Assembly: GCA_965644295.1 (NCBI GenBank)
Contig: CBFFRP010000072.1
Span: forward strand, 1-64,000
Source: Paraphysomonas bandaiensis
Taxonomy: Eukaryota > Protista > Chrysophyceae
DNA length: 64,000 nt
Reading direction: 5' to 3'
How positions within the stretch are numbered: position 1 is the first letter of the stretch; the number at the start of each line of letters is the position of its first letter. The translations under genes were made by a program, and so were the position numbers. Of this stretch, positions 25,955 through 37,338 are shown one piece after another. Below the pieces are notes generated by a model. The model did no database searches and was not told the origin of the DNA. It saw only the letters and a program-made list of their open reading frames with translations.

Positions 25955-28489
25955 ATGTTTGATCGGATTCGTTTGTTTCGTGTCCTTCATTCATTATCAA
26001 ATGAAACAAATGATTTTATATTAGCACAAGATGCATATATAGTTTTAAATAGTATTATAGAACAATTAAGGGATTTAGATACAATTATAGATGAGTTTCA
26101 TGAGAAAATTGATAGTGTTACATCTGAAGAAACAGAAAATGAAAAACAAAAAGAGATTGAATTACATGCATATTATAAAACTATCTCATCATTACAAATT
26201 ATGTTAATTGAAAGAGAAACATGGTGTGATTTATTATCTCATTATGTATGTGAGAGTGAAGAGTTTTGGTTCTGTTCACCTGCTGATCATATAACGGGAA
26301 AGTACTCTGCATTAACGGAAAAAGTGTTTCGTAGAGCTGAACGACGATGGTATAAGTATCACAACAACGCAGAGAAAATACCCGACGAAATCATTCTTCA
26401 GTTGGAACGATTCCGTTCCAGGGTAGCAAGTTTAGTCCAAGAACGTTTTCCGGGCCTTTTATCGGAGACTCTTGCTGAAGAAGAGGCCGAGAGGGCTGCA
26501 CGGGCTCTACTCGCCAATGCCTCTTGCCAGTATGCGAATATAATATCTGCTGGTGTTCGCGAAGAGTTTGATGCCAACAATAATTCTGTCACAGTTGCTG
26601 TCAACTTTCCGGTTACCCACTTTCATGTTGCGGATCCCAAATTCGCCAAACTTCTAGGCTATTCTGTTACAAGACTTCTAACCGTTCCGTTCGTGAAATT
26701 TATCATCAATACAGGAACAACTAATGCAATAGTACAGAATATAATGAAAATGCAAACTCCTTCGCACGCGACTATATTTTATCGAACTGCGATGTGTGCA
26801 GTTGTTGTTGTGGCGTGGGAAGTATGTCCGAAGCCCATTGGCATGCACGCCGTGATTGGCAGAGGCGTAGACATCACTCGTGAAATAGAAGCGTCCAAAC
26901 AAATCCAAACCGCGAATATTCAGAAGATGCTTCGTCAATGGCTTCACTCTATTCGCAACGCTAGTTTCCAACAACAAGCACAGGTGATTCGCGACGATAT
27001 TAAAGCACTTGAGAGGAGTATTGGAGACAGCAGATACCGCGAGTCCTTTGATCATGTGTTTGACGGACTGAGAACCCTTATCTATACCGCGAAGGCTTCA
27101 GTTGGACTAATAGGTATATTTAGCACTGTGTTTTATGTGATATTTACTGTGCAATATAGATGGTGTGTATTTCTTACGTTTTGTGTTGCAATAGATCAAG
27201 CTCTAAAGTCCAAAGGACTCTTGCAATATACATCGCTGTACGACTTCGTGAATGCTATTGCTACCTTCTCTTCGGTTTTTTCTAAAAATGAAGGCGTTGA
27301 CGACAGTGCCAATACGTTTGAAGTCCATTATAATGACAGTCTCGCATCGTGTGAGCAGCTACGTGCCATATATGTGCAGGGGGATATGTGCAGTATCCAG
27401 TCTATAATTGACAACATATACTCCAACGCTATACGATTTACTGATCATTCACTTGGCGTACAAACTGTAATGCACATTGACCACAGACGGGATACAGTAC
27501 ATTGCACCCTTCAAATCACAGATAATGCCCCGTTTGGCATGCCTACCAGTGTTGTTCGCTATTTTCAGAAACATATTAGCCCGCGGAAGGTTAACGACCA
27601 GCGTTGGAAGCGCCATAGTAGTTCTGTGACAAGCACCGATTCAGATGACATACTAATGGATATTGATCCCAGAGAGCCGTCCTACGATTCCACCTACTTC
27701 AGCGGAGTTAGCCCGTCACCCCCTGTATCTGTTGGAGTTAGTCGCAGCAACAGTAGAAAGAGCTGTAGGTCACAGGAATCAATATCCCCGAAGTCGCGGT
27801 CCTCAGACGAAAGGTCGAAGGATAGTTTCTCACATACTGGTATACCACATATTGTAGAGTTATTCCACAAACTTACAGAGTCAGCCGAATATGATTTTGA
27901 TATGATTGTGACAATGAGATCGAATGGTACATCGTATACACTTTCATTCTCCTTGGGTGTGTTGTCGGCCGCCCAGCTGGCACTGGATGTCGAAGATGAG
28001 ACTGAAACTGGAAGGGAGATGAATACTTCGGAAGGAGTGTCGCACAGTAGGATGAACAGAAGAGACTCCACGGGTAATGAAAAGTACTCTATATTGAAAC
28101 CCACTGCAGAGCAGTACATTCTGGTCGTGGATGACAGTCACGTCATCAGGCGTATTGTAGGTAGGTACCTCGAGAAATTCGAAGTCCGATTCCATACGTG
28201 CTCCGATGGCACCGAGGCATTGGAGTGGTTCAAAAGAAACAAAAATTTATGTTTTGGGCTTATTACTGACTTAGAGATGCCCCGCATGGGCGGCGATGCG
28301 CTCATTCAGCAAATAAAAATGATGTGCCCGACACTGCCATGCGTTGTTGTATCCGGAAATGAAATACCAGCAAGTGCCAAGCCGATTGGGGCAGCTGCAT
28401 GTTTTGTGAAGCCCCTATCTCTTTCTAACATGAATGATCTCCTCCATGAACTGTACACATGTGCAGCCGTCATGGCCAGTAAAGTATAG
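25955..28489 (+). CDS. Atypical hybrid sensor histidine kinase (PAS-like, HisKA-like, HATPase-like, receiver)
   Basis: WLHSIRN (H-box-like), IIDNIYSNAIRFT (N box), ITDNAPFGM (G1-like). Receiver ILVVDDS...ITDLEMPRMGG...VSG...VKP. In-frame 81-nt intron at 27114-27194. Upstream exons from ~25628 are possible. Confidence 0.8.
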   Translation: MFDRIRLFRVLHSLSNETNDFILAQDAYIVLNSIIEQLRDLDTIIDEFHEKIDSVTSEETENEKQKEIELHAYYKTISSLQIMLIERETWCDLLSHYVCESEEFWFCSPADHITGKYSALTEKVFRRAERRWYKYHNNAEKIPDEIILQLERFRSRVASLVQERFPGLLSETLAEEEAERAARALLANASCQYANIISAGVREEFDANNNSVTVAVNFPVTHFHVADPKFAKLLGYSVTRLLTVPFVKFIINTGTTNAIVQNIMKMQTPSHATIFYRTAMCAVVVVAWEVCPKPIGMHAVIGRGVDITREIEASKQIQTANIQKMLRQWLHSIRNASFQQQAQVIRDDIKALERSIGDSRYRESFDHVFDGLRTLIYTAKASVGLIGIFSTVFYVIFTVQYRWCVFLTFCVAIDQALKSKGLLQYTSLYDFVNAIATFSSVFSKNEGVDDSANTFEVHYNDSLASCEQLRAIYVQGDMCSIQSIIDNIYSNAIRFTDHSLGVQTVMHIDHRRDTVHCTLQITDNAPFGMPTSVVRYFQKHISPRKVNDQRWKRHSSSVTSTDSDDILMDIDPREPSYDSTYFSGVSPSPPVSVGVSRSNSRKSCRSQESISPKSRSSDERSKDSFSHTGIPHIVELFHKLTESAEYDFDMIVTMRSNGTSYTLSFSLGVLSAAQLALDVEDETETGREMNTSEGVSHSRMNRRDSTGNEKYSILKPTAEQYILVVDDSHVIRRIVGRYLEKFEVRFHTCSDGTEALEWFKRNKNLCFGLITDLEMPRMGGDALIQQIKMMCPTLPCVVVSGNEIPASAKPIGAAACFVKPLSLSNMNDLLHELYTCAAVMASKV

Positions 28490-28959
28490 GTGTTTCCAAA
28501 GCTGACAGAATTCTGCTATACTTTTATATTATACATGTTCTGATTCACTATATCAGCAGGACAGAAAGTAGTACATTATAAAAGTATAAATTTGTAAGTG
28601 TGTCGATACCGAACGTTGAAAATCATTGGCACAGTGCCAAGTAAGTAATATATATGTATATGTGAAGGAATTGGTGCATTGCTGTATACTCTCTTAGTGA
28701 TCAAATACCAAGTACAAGTGTTAACACAATAGGATCGCAATCTAGGAACTGTCTAATTCTTTAAAAGTAGTGTTTAAATAATATATCATCACAAAACAAA
28801 ATCAATGATATTTATGATGAATTCCTCATAAATTAATCTAGTTTAGTGCCTACACTTCAAACAACAGCCAAATCCACCAGGACTGCAACTGCCGAGGGGT
28901 CATACTCTTGTATTAACAATCTTAGTTCCACTGAAGAATCTTCAAACCTTATTGGTTAT

Positions 28960-29453
28960 GGCACCTTTCATGGTGTTCTGGGGGAAAGTATCGTGAGCCG
29001 TGAGCCGCATATATAGGCAGCAGATATTTTCTGCCAACTCATAGCAAAATGCTTGTGTGGTACAACGAACACTAATCAGTGCACTTGTGTAGACGTATTT
29101 GGGCCTTGACAGCTATACAGGCATCCGGGAATGGGTTCACCTGAACAGTAACCAGGGTATTGGGCTGCCTGCTGAGTCAAGCGTTTAGGCTGTTCACCTC
29201 AAGAACTCAAAATCCTAAAGTCGGCAGATGTCAGGTATATATCAACATTCTCCTTGCTCATTGCGTTTTTACTTTGTGAGCGATAGAGAAGAAGTAGTTA
29301 CACATTGGTGTGTGCGGTGACGCACAAGCAGCTTTTGTAGCGTTTAATTATTAGTAGGATATCAGAGTTAAGCACTAGTTAGTTAAATTATTTTGGTACA
29401 TTAGTTCTGACTCTTATACTCCTATATTGCTAATATAATAAGACCCTCACTAA
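28960..29453 (+). mobile_element. Family B short retroposon (tail 1), degenerate 5' end
   Basis: Collinear with 17266-17745. Confidence 0.75.
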
Positions 29454-29573
29454 GACATTGTCCTTTGTAAGCGAATGGCCTCGTCTTCCTCATCATCGTC
29501 ATTCTCTTCATCGAGGCCACCTTTGTGTGCAGGTACCCAACAAACACTACTGTTCCTGTCATAGTGGTCGGAT

Positions 29574-29660
29574 CCCTCAACAAAGTCGGATCGCACCTTT
29601 TCGTGGTGTTCTGGGGGATAAGTACCGGAGAGATTCTCTCTGGGAAGCTAACGTGAGCCG
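29574..29660 (+). ncRNA. Putative HDV-like self-cleaving ribozyme at the 5' end of family B
   Basis: P1 CCCTCAAC/GTTCTGGG(GG) (imperfect), P2 CGGATCGC/GTGAGCCG, P3 ACC/GGT, L3 TTTTCGT, AGTA-[P4 CCGGAGAG/CTCTCTGG]-GAA, J4/2 GCTAA with the candidate catalytic C. The same layout is seen at 10666-10749 (-) and 41279-41366. Confidence 0.65.
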
Positions 29661-30080
29661 CAAACATAGTCAGCAGGTATTCTTCTGCCCACGCACAGCC
29701 GAATGCTTGTGTGGTACAAGGGACACCGATAAGTGTCACTTGTGTAGACGTCTTTGGGCCCTGACGAATAAACAGGCATCCGGGAATGGGCCCACCTCAA
29801 GGGCATCCGGGACAGGGCCCACTGAAGGGTAACCGGGGTATTGGGCTGCCTGCTGAAGTCAAGCATCCGGGATGTTCACCTTAAGAACTCAGAGCGGAAG
29901 TGGTTGCACCTTGGTGCTTGCGGCGACGCACAAGCAGCTTCCGTAGCGTTAAATAGTAGGATAAAAAAAGTGTGTACTGATTAGTTACAGGTAGAGGTCT
30001 AACTAGTTTATCTAGCATTCATCTAACTACTAAGTTGGTGCAGGTTTTTAACGCCTATTACTAATAATAAGACTTTCAAT
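29574..30080 (+). mobile_element. Family B short retroposon (tail 2), complete, 13-bp TSD
   Basis: Flanked by ATAGTGGTCGGAT at 29561-73 and 30081-93. Starts CCCTCAACAAAGTCGGA and ends aagactttcaat. Confidence 0.85.
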
Positions 30081-30638
30081 ATAGTGGTCGGATACACAAC
30101 AACGTCATTTACACTATGTACTTGAATATTTCGAAGCCGTTGAATATTTACAATCCGTTTATGCATCGCAACGATCGTTGAAGATATGCTCAATTTGTTC
30201 TTTGATGCGTGTTATTACTCTTGTGTGCTGAGATTAAAGTATATACTGACCATTATACTGTCACATGGTTACGATTAATAAAATGATAAAAAGTGACTGT
30301 GTACATACCTCCAAGCTTCTATGCTAACAGATAATGGGTTTGTACCTATGATCAGTGGCTACACATCTTAAGCCAGCAAATTAATTGCTAGTAATTGGCA
30401 ACATTTACCAACAATAGTAATTGCAATTGTCATTTTTAAAACCAGTAATTGTTACGCTAGCCTGCCATCAATCAAACACTGTGTTGACATCCTTTTATTT
30501 TCTGCACAATACTATCCAATTATAGACAGGTAGGCAGACACATCCTTATAAAGCAGGACCATCAATAAGTTCCCGGTAAATATAATGACCATTAATACCT
30601 AACAAGATAGTATCGCTCATAATGTATATAGTGTAGTC

Positions 30639-31152
30639 AAGGGATAGGAAACAATTTATTGTATTGCAATATATTGTACTATATTGATTGGTGGACTGGT
30701 CAAATATTCCATCAATATTGTTTCTGTTAAAGTAGTTCACAATATCAATATATTGCTATCAATATTATGATAGTCATATACAGAATACAGAAAGCTTCTT
30801 AACTGTAGGGTAAAAAATATAAGTCCACGTATATAAATTTCCGGTAAATAAGAAGAGAGCCTATAAGAGATATATAATGACAAGTACTAAAAATGGAAAC
30901 TACGGATGTGTTTACTTACTGAATAGTCATACTAATATATTGTAATATATTGTACAACTACGGATGTGTTTGCTTACTGATTAGTCATACTAATATATTA
31001 CGATAGTATTGTACAACTACGGATGTGTTTACTTACTGATTAGTCATACTAATATATTTCAATAGTATGTAGGGCCGGCTTAAAAAGTCCATCAATAGTA
31101 TTGATGGAACGCTATCTAATTATAGTATTGCAATATATTTTCCCTATCCCTG
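30639..31152. mobile_element. Non-autonomous hAT DNA transposon
   Basis: 8-bp TSD GTGTAGTC (30631-38, 31153-60). Termini aAGGGATAGG...CCTATCCCTG. Internal ~59-bp tandem repeat x3 (30898-31068). A related fragment lies at ~41735-41840. Confidence 0.85.
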
Positions 31153-31378
31153 GTGTAGTCCCCCCTTAAATACTAATTAAGTTAAAGAACAGACTACTAC
31201 CATATTTTTCGTACATCATACATCATATCATATAAAAACCAAGGATCTCCGTCAGGGAGTTTGGAGGGTGAAAAAGGCTTGCTTAAGTAAAAATGAAAAA
31301 TTATACACAACTGCATGTATTCAAACAGATGCTTTATTGGTTCGTTATGGATAAATTTTACATATATCTAAAAGCAAG

Positions 31379-32389
31379 CTAATCTTCCCATTCATCTTCT
31401 TCCTCGTCTTCGTCTTCATTAGTTGTGGCCTTTTGCTCCGCAATGACATCACGAGCGGAGTCTGCAGCTTCAGTTTCTGTAGACTTCCCTGCAGGAAGTA
31501 CCCGGCTACCTTGAAGAAACGTCGGAAGATTACTTTCCTTTTTCTCATCTTTATCCTCAGGAAAATCCACTTTGACATCGCGCTGTTCCCCATGATCATC
31601 CCCGACAATCTCAACTGTGAATTCATCTTCATGTACACTACTCTTGCCCTTCCGACGGGTGCTTACAGTTCCTCTGTTTTCCTCAATACGCTGCAACACA
31701 TCGTCATCCACTACACGACTAGTCTTCAGTCCACGCTTGATGTTATCCGACGGCAGGTTTCGAGTGATGCTCTCATCCCTTAGCTCCACCAGAAGGTCAT
31801 ATATACCTGTATGCAGCACAGAGCTGGTGAATTGTTCTCTCATTTTGATTTCTAACTTCTGAACTTCCGTCAATTGCCCTCCACTTTCATATTCCACTAG
31901 GCGATAACTCGGCTGACTTATAGTGCTCTTGATATCATCATGGGGACAACAATTACTACATACAAACTTATAATCTTTACTGAGGAGCATCTGAGCTTGC
32001 AACTCAGAATATAAAGTTTTACAAGTTGGACACTGAAAAGATATATGATTAAGTTCATTCTTTTCTTTTGATGCAAGTTGACTTTGCATTAAATGTATAC
32101 GATAACGTACAACATGAACAAAGTGTTGATAATCTACATACCAACACTCTGATGTTCGACCATCTTCCATTGTAAGTGTTTCAGATTTAACTAATAATTC
32201 ATCTTTTAATCCATTAATCACTTTTCTTACATCTTTATTAGAGAGTTTAAGACGTGGGCCTAACTCTTCATCTCGTATGTATTTCTCTCTTACTAGAGCA
32301 TCTAATATGACTACGACATTATCTGTATAAAAAGCACGTGCTACTGTTTTTACTAGTTTTTCAGCAAGAACGGTTGCAGATGCACTCAT
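31379..32389 (-). CDS. GTF2E1: General transcription factor IIE subunit alpha
   Basis: LVKTVARAFY, VILDAL, WYVDYQHFVHVVRYRI; zinc ribbon FQCPTC...FVCSNC; acidic C-terminus. Confidence 0.92.
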   Translation of the reverse strand: MSASATVLAEKLVKTVARAFYTDNVVVILDALVREKYIRDEELGPRLKLSNKDVRKVINGLKDELLVKSETLTMEDGRTSECWYVDYQHFVHVVRYRIHLMQSQLASKEKNELNHISFQCPTCKTLYSELQAQMLLSKDYKFVCSNCCPHDDIKSTISQPSYRLVEYESGGQLTEVQKLEIKMREQFTSSVLHTGIYDLLVELRDESITRNLPSDNIKRGLKTSRVVDDDVLQRIEENRGTVSTRRKGKSSVHEDEFTVEIVGDDHGEQRDVKVDFPEDKDEKKESNLPTFLQGSRVLPAGKSTETEAADSARDVIAEQKATTNEDEDEEEDEWED

Positions 32390-32468
32390 TGTGATATCAC
32401 ACTTGTGATATTCAGAGATGTTAATGAGAGAGCAAATGATGCCAACCTACCCACCTCTAGACCTGCTG

Positions 32469-33044
32469 TACATACATACATACATACATACATACACACA
32501 TACATACATACATACATACATACATACATACATACATACATACATACATACATACATACATACATACATACATACATACATACATACATACATACATACA
32601 TACATACATACATACATACATACATACATACATACATACATACATACATACATACATACATACATACATACATACATACATACATACACACATACATACA
32701 TACATACATACATACATACATACATACATACATACATACATACATACATACATACATACATACATACATACATACATACATACCTACATACATACATACA
32801 TACATACATACATACATACATACATACATACATACATACATACATACATACATACATACATACATACATACATACATACATACATACATACATACACACA
32901 TACATACATACATACATACATACATACATACATACATACACACATACATACATACATACATACATAGTGTACACACATACATACCTACATACATACATAC
33001 ATACATACATACATACATACATACATACCTACATACATACATAC
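32469..33044. repeat. (CATA)n / (TATG)n microsatellite, ~575 bp
   Basis: Near-perfect tetranucleotide array. The HTYI/MYVC ORFs are artefacts of it. Confidence 0.98.
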
Positions 33045-33341
33045 CCTTAACTTACTGTATTCCGCTGTAGTCGCTTGATATCCATCCTTCTAAATAAAAT
33101 ACTCTCTTTTCTGGCCATGAATGTAGTATGAAAAGGTAGGTAAAATCCCACCCCCCTACTCAAATACTTGCTGTTTTTATAGAGAACAAACAAACATCTA
33201 GACAGCCGTCTGCTCTGGTACACATACATACATATATATATATATGTATATATAATCACTTAAACGAATACAGCTGAAACTATTCGTAATATATTGAATT
33301 TGATTTGATTTGTATTGAATTCCTTGATTTCTATTATTTTA

Positions 33342-34361
33342 ATGGGAGGTAAAAAGGCTATTGGGGAACACCCTAGTCGTGGTCGAAGATTCACAGGAAT
33401 CTCTCGTCGTGGTGGTCACAGCACTGTACATCGTGGATATGATACTCCAAATTCAGATGAAGAAGGAAGTATACCTGCAATGCAAGAATTTAGTTTGTTT
33501 TCACAATTTGATATCTCTCCTGATCGTTTTGGTATACTACAGAATGATATTTCATCTGATGAGAAGACAGAGAAACACTCACCAACTCCTACTAAAACAC
33601 CTTCATCTCCTCTACCACCAAAACTATATGGTCAATCTGAGGGAATATCAAATGTTTACATTATGAATGAAATACAAAAATTGCAGCATACTGTGTACAA
33701 TTTAGTGTCTGCGTTTGGTCGACTGGAATATGAATTCTACACATCAATGAATTCTTTATACTATTACGGTGGAGCAAGCCCAAATGCTTGTCCTCACACT
33801 TCTTCCCCGAGCCCTAAAGTTGATGAGCCTGATAAAGGCGACGGCAACTTGTCTTTAAAGAAACTGCACGAACGGTTGAGCACCCTGGAAGGCCGACACC
33901 GCTCCATGCAGAGCAAGATTTCACAATTAGACAATATTTATGGTCGAAGTTCTGAAGCCTGGGCGAAGAATATCAAGCGTTATGCCGAATTTGAAAGTAG
34001 GAACTCTCTGAGCAATGGTAGCACTGTTGCGGGTGATACTAAACATTTGAAGGGTCGACTCGAAAAATTATCGCAGCATATATCCGATGAACGAAGCAAT
34101 GACAAAGGTCATAATGAGAGAAAAGATGCAGCTGACACTTTAAGGAAAGAAGTTTTGGCTGAACAACCGCGAACTGATGCTGTTGTCGATCCAGGCACCA
34201 GAGATTTCCTACACTCCGAAGAAGTGGACCCGAATGACATGGTTCCGTCAGAACGCACCACAGGATCTGATGAGATTCGTTCTCATGAAAATCAATCTAT
34301 CTCACAGGACAAAGTACACAAAAGCACTAGAACAAAGAACGCAACTGCCGATTATACTTAG
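33342..34361 (+). CDS. Hypothetical protein (short coiled coils, low complexity)
   Basis: Uninterrupted ~340-codon ORF from ATG 33342. No recognised domain. Confidence 0.6.
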   Translation: MGGKKAIGEHPSRGRRFTGISRRGGHSTVHRGYDTPNSDEEGSIPAMQEFSLFSQFDISPDRFGILQNDISSDEKTEKHSPTPTKTPSSPLPPKLYGQSEGISNVYIMNEIQKLQHTVYNLVSAFGRLEYEFYTSMNSLYYYGGASPNACPHTSSPSPKVDEPDKGDGNLSLKKLHERLSTLEGRHRSMQSKISQLDNIYGRSSEAWAKNIKRYAEFESRNSLSNGSTVAGDTKHLKGRLEKLSQHISDERSNDKGHNERKDAADTLRKEVLAEQPRTDAVVDPGTRDFLHSEEVDPNDMVPSERTTGSDEIRSHENQSISQDKVHKSTRTKNATADYT

Positions 34362-34981
34362 CGTATTTTATATAGCGCTGTACTCGAGCGATATTATTGT
34401 TATGTATTGGATACACCCCGAACTATCAGATTTCTTATTTGATTCCGTACTAATCTCACTAGGAACGAAGCAAGCTGTAGTAAATCAGTTTTGACATATG
34501 CAGCACATCATAACAAATAGTCGTATGATGCTGGGTGATTTCGAGATGTGCCTTTCGAGCACGTAGAAGGAACGAGACCAATGAATAAAGCTTAAAATAC
34601 TAAAAAAATGTTTAGAGATGAATATTTGATATTTAAGTAATGCATATTTGATATTAAAAGTGAAGAAGGTTTTTGCGTGTATTTAAGATAACAACAGACT
34701 TTGAACTGTCATATATAGCTAAATTGTACACAACATATACTATATATCTTAGTTTCCTTTGATCTGTGATGAACGTAGTAGTTTTTACCTTCATAACAAA
34801 GGTATAGGCTGTTTGACTGTTTGATGTTTCAGCGCATACGATAATATGGAACCAACACTACCGCTCCGAACAAATCAACAGACTAAAATTAGTTAAGTAG
34901 TTCGTACTCTTAAGATTACGATACTGCTTTCCACACTTGCAAAGTACAATTACCCACTCTCTAATGCACTATAAGCTAGGC

Positions 34982-37338
34982 CTACTCTTGCTGTGTCTGC
35001 TCCTGATTACCCTCAAGTGAAATATTAGCTATACGACTCTGCGTATCTTCAACAGTGGTGTCATTAGTGTCAGAACTTACTACAGGACTTTGAGACACGT
35101 TAGTATTATTTTTCTGAGATTCTTCTCCTGATGAATCAAGGGTTGCCATGTGTACTGCCCTGGGTGCATTCTTTTGTGCGATCTCCTTCTTGACCTTCTC
35201 TACCCAGCTGCGGGCCTTCTCATAGTCCTTGTTCATGGACAAACTCTTCTCGAAATGTTCCAGAGAAGTCTCCAACTCACCCCTGCTGTAGTGACACAGT
35301 CCCTGGTTGTGATAAGTTACGTGGTGCTCGCCCACAGTGTTACTGGACTCAATATAGAAGTTGAGAGCATTGGTATAGTCTCTGATACCGTAGAAAAATC
35401 TTCCAATTTCAAAAGCTATATCCTTGTCCATATCAAGCATATAGTAATTTTCCCACACTCGCGGTATACCACGGCAAAGATCATTTCGCAGCTTCTGTCC
35501 GCAGTTCGGAATTTGGTTCAAAATTGAGTCCCTGAATTTAAAGAATACATCTGGGTCCCAGTCACCTAACTTAAGGAGGGAAACAATGCTCTTTAGAGGA
35601 GGGTTAGGGGCATCTTCTTTCAGACTCTTTTGTAACACAAAGAAATCATTTGGGCCAAAGACGTCCACAGCTCCATCGAAGGCCGCCCTCAGATAGGAAA
35701 ATGGAGCGCTGCGCTCGGAGTCCTTATTAGCTAGCTGCGTCACAAGGTCTGCCGAGGTAGTTGATTTGGAACCCCGGTAGCCTTTGCTGGAGGTCTGAAC
35801 TTTTAGCTCCGGCCCAAGACCTTTATTCGGTGCCGGGGGACCAGGAAGGATCTTAGGCGCAGCGACCATACTCGGAGATTCTTCCTCAACCTTAGTACCA
35901 GCTGAAGGCTTTAACCATGCATCATCTGTGCGGGCAGTGTCTTCAGATTCCCCCGTGAGAACAAAACATCCAACTTTGAGTGATGCTTCTTCTTGGGGGT
36001 TATGCAACGCAAACCCTCCACGGCTGGTGAACCACATACCAACTGCATGATAGTTAACCATCAATGAGAAAGATCCGTGCACAGCAATATGAGGGTCCAT
36101 CAGACCAACAAATTGTTCAGGGTTGTTGTTCCCTTTATCTCCGGAAATAACTATGGCACGACCACCGGAAAATGCAGAAAGACGTCGTAACGCTCGGAGG
36201 GCACCGATAGGAAACACCACTGACGCCCCATTTTCATTATCTCCAAAACAGTCCTTATACCACTGCAGAATACGACCAAGATGCAACTCATCTCCGTCCT
36301 CTTGTGTGTAGTACTCTGTTGGGGAAATGGTCTCGTACTTATACAGGTTGCTTAGCCTCTTAATAATAGCAGGTTCAAGAGGATCAGGCTCCTCCTTCCT
36401 TTTAGACCCAACCGATACAAGACCCTCCTTCAGCTCTCCGCCGTCCACTTGGAATATGTCGTGGTACAGAGTATCAAACAGGTAGTTTGCCACCACACAT
36501 ATAGGGTTCTTGCAACTTCCTGGGCCTAGCACTTTCCCAGATCGAAGGGTAATAGCATTATCATTTACTGCATCAAATATACCCGCCTCAAGCATCCCAT
36601 TATCAAAGTATTTCTATACAATAAATCAAAGATCCACAACAATATGTAAAAATAACACACCTTCAACGAAGGATGATCTCTCCAAAAATTAAAGTTGTTT
36701 TCAGTGAAATCCGTCATCACATACACGATCTTATCGACAGGAAATTCACACACTTCACTCATCTCAATCAAAGCCTTGAGCATAAAAAAGCTAAATTTTC
36801 CAGATCCAGTCCCAAGCTCAATAATGTAAAGAGGTTCATTTACGTCAAGAGCCATGCGATCTCCAGCTGGACGTGCCATGCAGTCCTTGATGAAACCGTG
36901 CAAAACCTGACCAAATTAAAAATAAAGCCATGCCAGAAAACAGACAATTAAAAGCACCTTGGCATAGGAACGACCAATGAAAGCATTACATGTAATAAAA
37001 TGAGGTACAATTCCCTGTGACCAAGATTCCGGTCCTTTTCGATCATAGAATGACATCATTAGTTTCCATAGATGACACTGTGAGCATGGTTTAAATCCCT
37101 CTAACTCACATCTCTCACCATTCGAGTCCTCATCCTAATAATAGTCTTATTAATAATATTTATATATGAGTATATATCAATCAACCGATTCAATTTCATC
37201 AAATTCATCATTATTTATAACTGGTGCTTGTTTGGTTGTTAAAGTTGATGTAACAGTTTTATTAACTTCAACTGATATATCATTTAAATTCACACTTGAA
37301 TCAATAATAGATGCAGAAGCAGTTGCAGCAGTTGACAT
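34982..37338 (-). CDS. SAM-dependent methyltransferase (MidA/NDUFAF7-like fold) with C-terminal TPR repeats, multi-exon
   Basis: Spliced exons give LWKLMMSFYDRKGPESWSQGIVPHFITCNAF, YIIELGTGSGKF, YVMTDF, VANYLFDTL, ISGDKG, HGSFSLMVNY, then TPRs (YHNQGLCHYSRG). Confidence 0.75.

Noticed and set aside
27114-27194. Several stop-free introns with length divisible by three (also ~7725-7775, 57473-57538, 61560-61619)
   Set aside because: Expected at moderate frequency for very short introns; no evidence of regulated retention without RNA data.
29500-29545. WVPAHKG, resembling a retroviral RNase H motif (minus strand)
   Set aside because: Lies outside the TSD-defined element, lacks the following GNE.AD and the upstream RNase H motifs; probably chance.
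29422-29739. Similar antisense ORFs (VPCTTQAFG.EWAEEYLL...) at 29.6, 41.3 and 17.3 kb
   Set aside because: They are the reverse complement of the family B head and body. Frames are not conserved between copies, and the conservation is better explained by RNA structure and copy homology.
32386-33070. ORFs of (MYVC)n / (HTYI)n, also at 47268-47645
   Set aside because: Translations of the TATG microsatellite, which has no stop codons in any frame.
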